A DNA stretch of 64,000 nt, taken from a virus. Its lineage: Duplodnaviria; Heunggongvirae; Uroviricota; Caudoviricetes. Below, one piece after another: positions 62,325-64,000 of the stretch. Positions within the stretch are counted from its first letter, which is position 1. The number at the start of each line of letters is the position of its first letter. The stretch lies in IMG/VR virus record IMGVR_UViG_2925897562_000001. The stretch is one strand, 5' to 3'. The notes under the pieces were generated by a model. It was not told the DNA's origin, did not search any database, and worked only from the letters and a program-made list of their open reading frames with translations. Both the position numbers and the translations under genes were made by a program.

Positions 62325-63914
62325 ATGTCTCAATATTCAATTCAACAGTCATTAGGTAATGCATCCGGCGTCGCGGTTAGCCCGATCAATGCCGATGCGA
62401 CGTTATCTACCGGTGTTGCATTAAATAGCAGCTTATGGGCTGGTATTGGCGTATTTGCGCGTGGCAAGCCGTTTACTGTTCTTGCGGTTACTGAGTCCAA
62501 TTACGAAGATGTTCTCGGCGAACCGCTGAAGCCGTCTTCCGGCTCACAGTTCGAACCAATTCGCCATGTATACGAAGCTATTCAGCAAACGTCTGGTTAT
62601 GTTGTTCGCGCTGTTCCGGATGATGCGAAGTTCCCGATTATTATGTTCGATGAATCAGGCGAACCGGCTTACAGTGCGTTGCCATACGGTTCTGAAATTG
62701 AACTTGATAGTGGCGAAGCCTTTGCTATCTACGTTGATGATGGTGATCCGTGTATTTCACCTACCCGTGAGTTAACCATCGAAACGGCAACAGCGGACAG
62801 CGCGGGTAATGAACGCTTCCTCTTAAAACTGACCCAGACGACTTCGCTCGGCGTGGTAACGACCCTGGAGACACACACTGTGTCTTTGGCGGAAGAAGCG
62901 AAAGATGACATGGGCCGCTTGTGTTATCTGCCTACGGCTCTGGAAGCCCGTTCTAAATATCTGCGCGCGGTTGTTAATGAAGAGCTGATTTCGACAGCGA
63001 AAGTAACAAACAAAAAATCGTTGGCGTTCACTGGCGGTACCAACGGCGATCAGTCGAAAATCTCAACCGCTGCGTACCTGCGTGCGGTTAAAGTGCTGAA
63101 TAATGCGCCGTACATGTACACCGCTGTTCTTGGCTTGGGCTGCTATGACAATGCGGCTATCACCGCATTAGGTAAAATCTGTGCAGATCGCCTGATTGAT
63201 GGCTTCTTTGATGTCAAACCGACATTGACGTACACGGAAGCGATCTCTGCTGTTGAAGATACCGGTTTACTTGGTACCGATTATGTAAGCTGTGCTGTCT
63301 ATCACTACCCGTTCTCCTGCAAAGACAAATGGACCCAATCCCGTGTGGTCTTTGGTCTGTCTGGCGTGGCGTATGCGGCGAAAGCTCGTGGCGTCAAGAA
63401 AAACTCTGATGTCGGCGGTTGGCATTACTCACCGGCTGGTGAAGAACGTGCCGTCATTGCTCGTGCGTCAATTCAACCGCTGTATCCGGAAGATACCCCG
63501 GACGAAGAAGCAATGGTCAAGGGCCGTCTCAATAAAGTATCTGTTGGCACCTCTGGCCAGATGATCATCGACGATGCTTTAACTTGCTGCACGCAGGATA
63601 ACTATCTGCACTTCCAGCACGTCCCATCCCTGATGAATGCAATCAGCCGTTTCTTTGTCCAGTTAGCCCGACAGATGAAGCATAGCCCGGACGGTATTAC
63701 TGCGGCTGGCCTGACTAAAGGGATGACCAAACTTTTAGATCGCTTTGTCGCCTCCGGCGCTCTGGTGGCTCCTCGTGATCCTGATGCTGACGGTACAGAA
63801 CCGTATGTGCTGAAAGTTACGCAGGCGGAATTCGATAAATGGGAAGTAGTCTGGGCCTGCTGCCCGACTGGCGTAGCCCGTCGTATCCAGGGCGTACCGC
63901 TGCTTATTAAGTAA
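62325..63914 (+). CDS. 22: tail sheath protein
   Basis: 529 aa; position after head gene as in P1. Confidence 0.8.
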   Translation: MSQYSIQQSLGNASGVAVSPINADATLSTGVALNSSLWAGIGVFARGKPFTVLAVTESNYEDVLGEPLKPSSGSQFEPIRHVYEAIQQTSGYVVRAVPDDAKFPIIMFDESGEPAYSALPYGSEIELDSGEAFAIYVDDGDPCISPTRELTIETATADSAGNERFLLKLTQTTSLGVVTTLETHTVSLAEEAKDDMGRLCYLPTALEARSKYLRAVVNEELISTAKVTNKKSLAFTGGTNGDQSKISTAAYLRAVKVLNNAPYMYTAVLGLGCYDNAAITALGKICADRLIDGFFDVKPTLTYTEAISAVEDTGLLGTDYVSCAVYHYPFSCKDKWTQSRVVFGLSGVAYAAKARGVKKNSDVGGWHYSPAGEERAVIARASIQPLYPEDTPDEEAMVKGRLNKVSVGTSGQMIIDDALTCCTQDNYLHFQHVPSLMNAISRFFVQLARQMKHSPDGITAAGLTKGMTKLLDRFVASGALVAPRDPDADGTEPYVLKVTQAEFDKWEVVWACCPTGVARRIQGVPLLIK

Positions 63915-63923
63915 GGGAATACA

Positions 63924-64000
63924 ATGAGCAAAAACTTTTTTCAATCCGGGGCATTTTTGGGGAATGGACTGTCTCGTTTCGCTTTGAACTCTGATCCTGT
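63924..64000 (+). CDS. N-terminal fragment of next late gene (probable tail tube), truncated by window end
   Basis: ATG 63924, MSKNFFQSGAFLGNGLSRFALNSDP...; partial. Confidence 0.4.
   Translation, partial: MSKNFFQSGAFLGNGLSRFALNSDP

Overview
This 64-kb window reads as a nearly complete half of a P1-like (Punavirus-type) temperate phage-plasmid, in reverse orientation relative to the usual P1 map. Gene names below come from recalled P1 biology plus translations visible in the ORF track; no database search was run. Left to right: a terminase-like paralog pair, ssb, lyz, pro-prt (head protease, portal), the 2255-aa darB, ulx-lxc, then mat-ref-cra-cre and a perfect loxP (18631-18664). After loxP come coi-c1, pacB-pacA with the GATC-hexamer pac site, lpa, phd-doc, humD with a LexA box, hot, a ~13-kb minus-strand early-gene cluster, six baseplate/tail genes, the ban operon, tRNAs, dmt, hrdC, the oriR-repA-incA replicon, parA-parB-parS, and head/sheath genes 23 and 22. 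Seventeen-bp C1-operator-like sites (consensus ATTGCTCTAATAAATTT) and a recurring late-promoter element (ACAAGTGACT, 5 bp, TANNNT) punctuate the map. The most notable departure from P1 is at the mat-lxc junction: where P1 carries the EcoP1I res-mod genes, this element has a single AT-rich 378-aa RelA/SpoT-like (toxSAS, CapRel-type) gene. Other candidate accessory loci are a T5orf172/GIY-YIG-like gene between incA and parA, an AT-rich ORF plus glycosyltransferase fused to the end of the ban operon, a catalytically degenerate PacB paralog, and a remodelled tRNA island with a short C1-controlled terminated transcript. No CRISPR array, IS element or resistance gene was seen.
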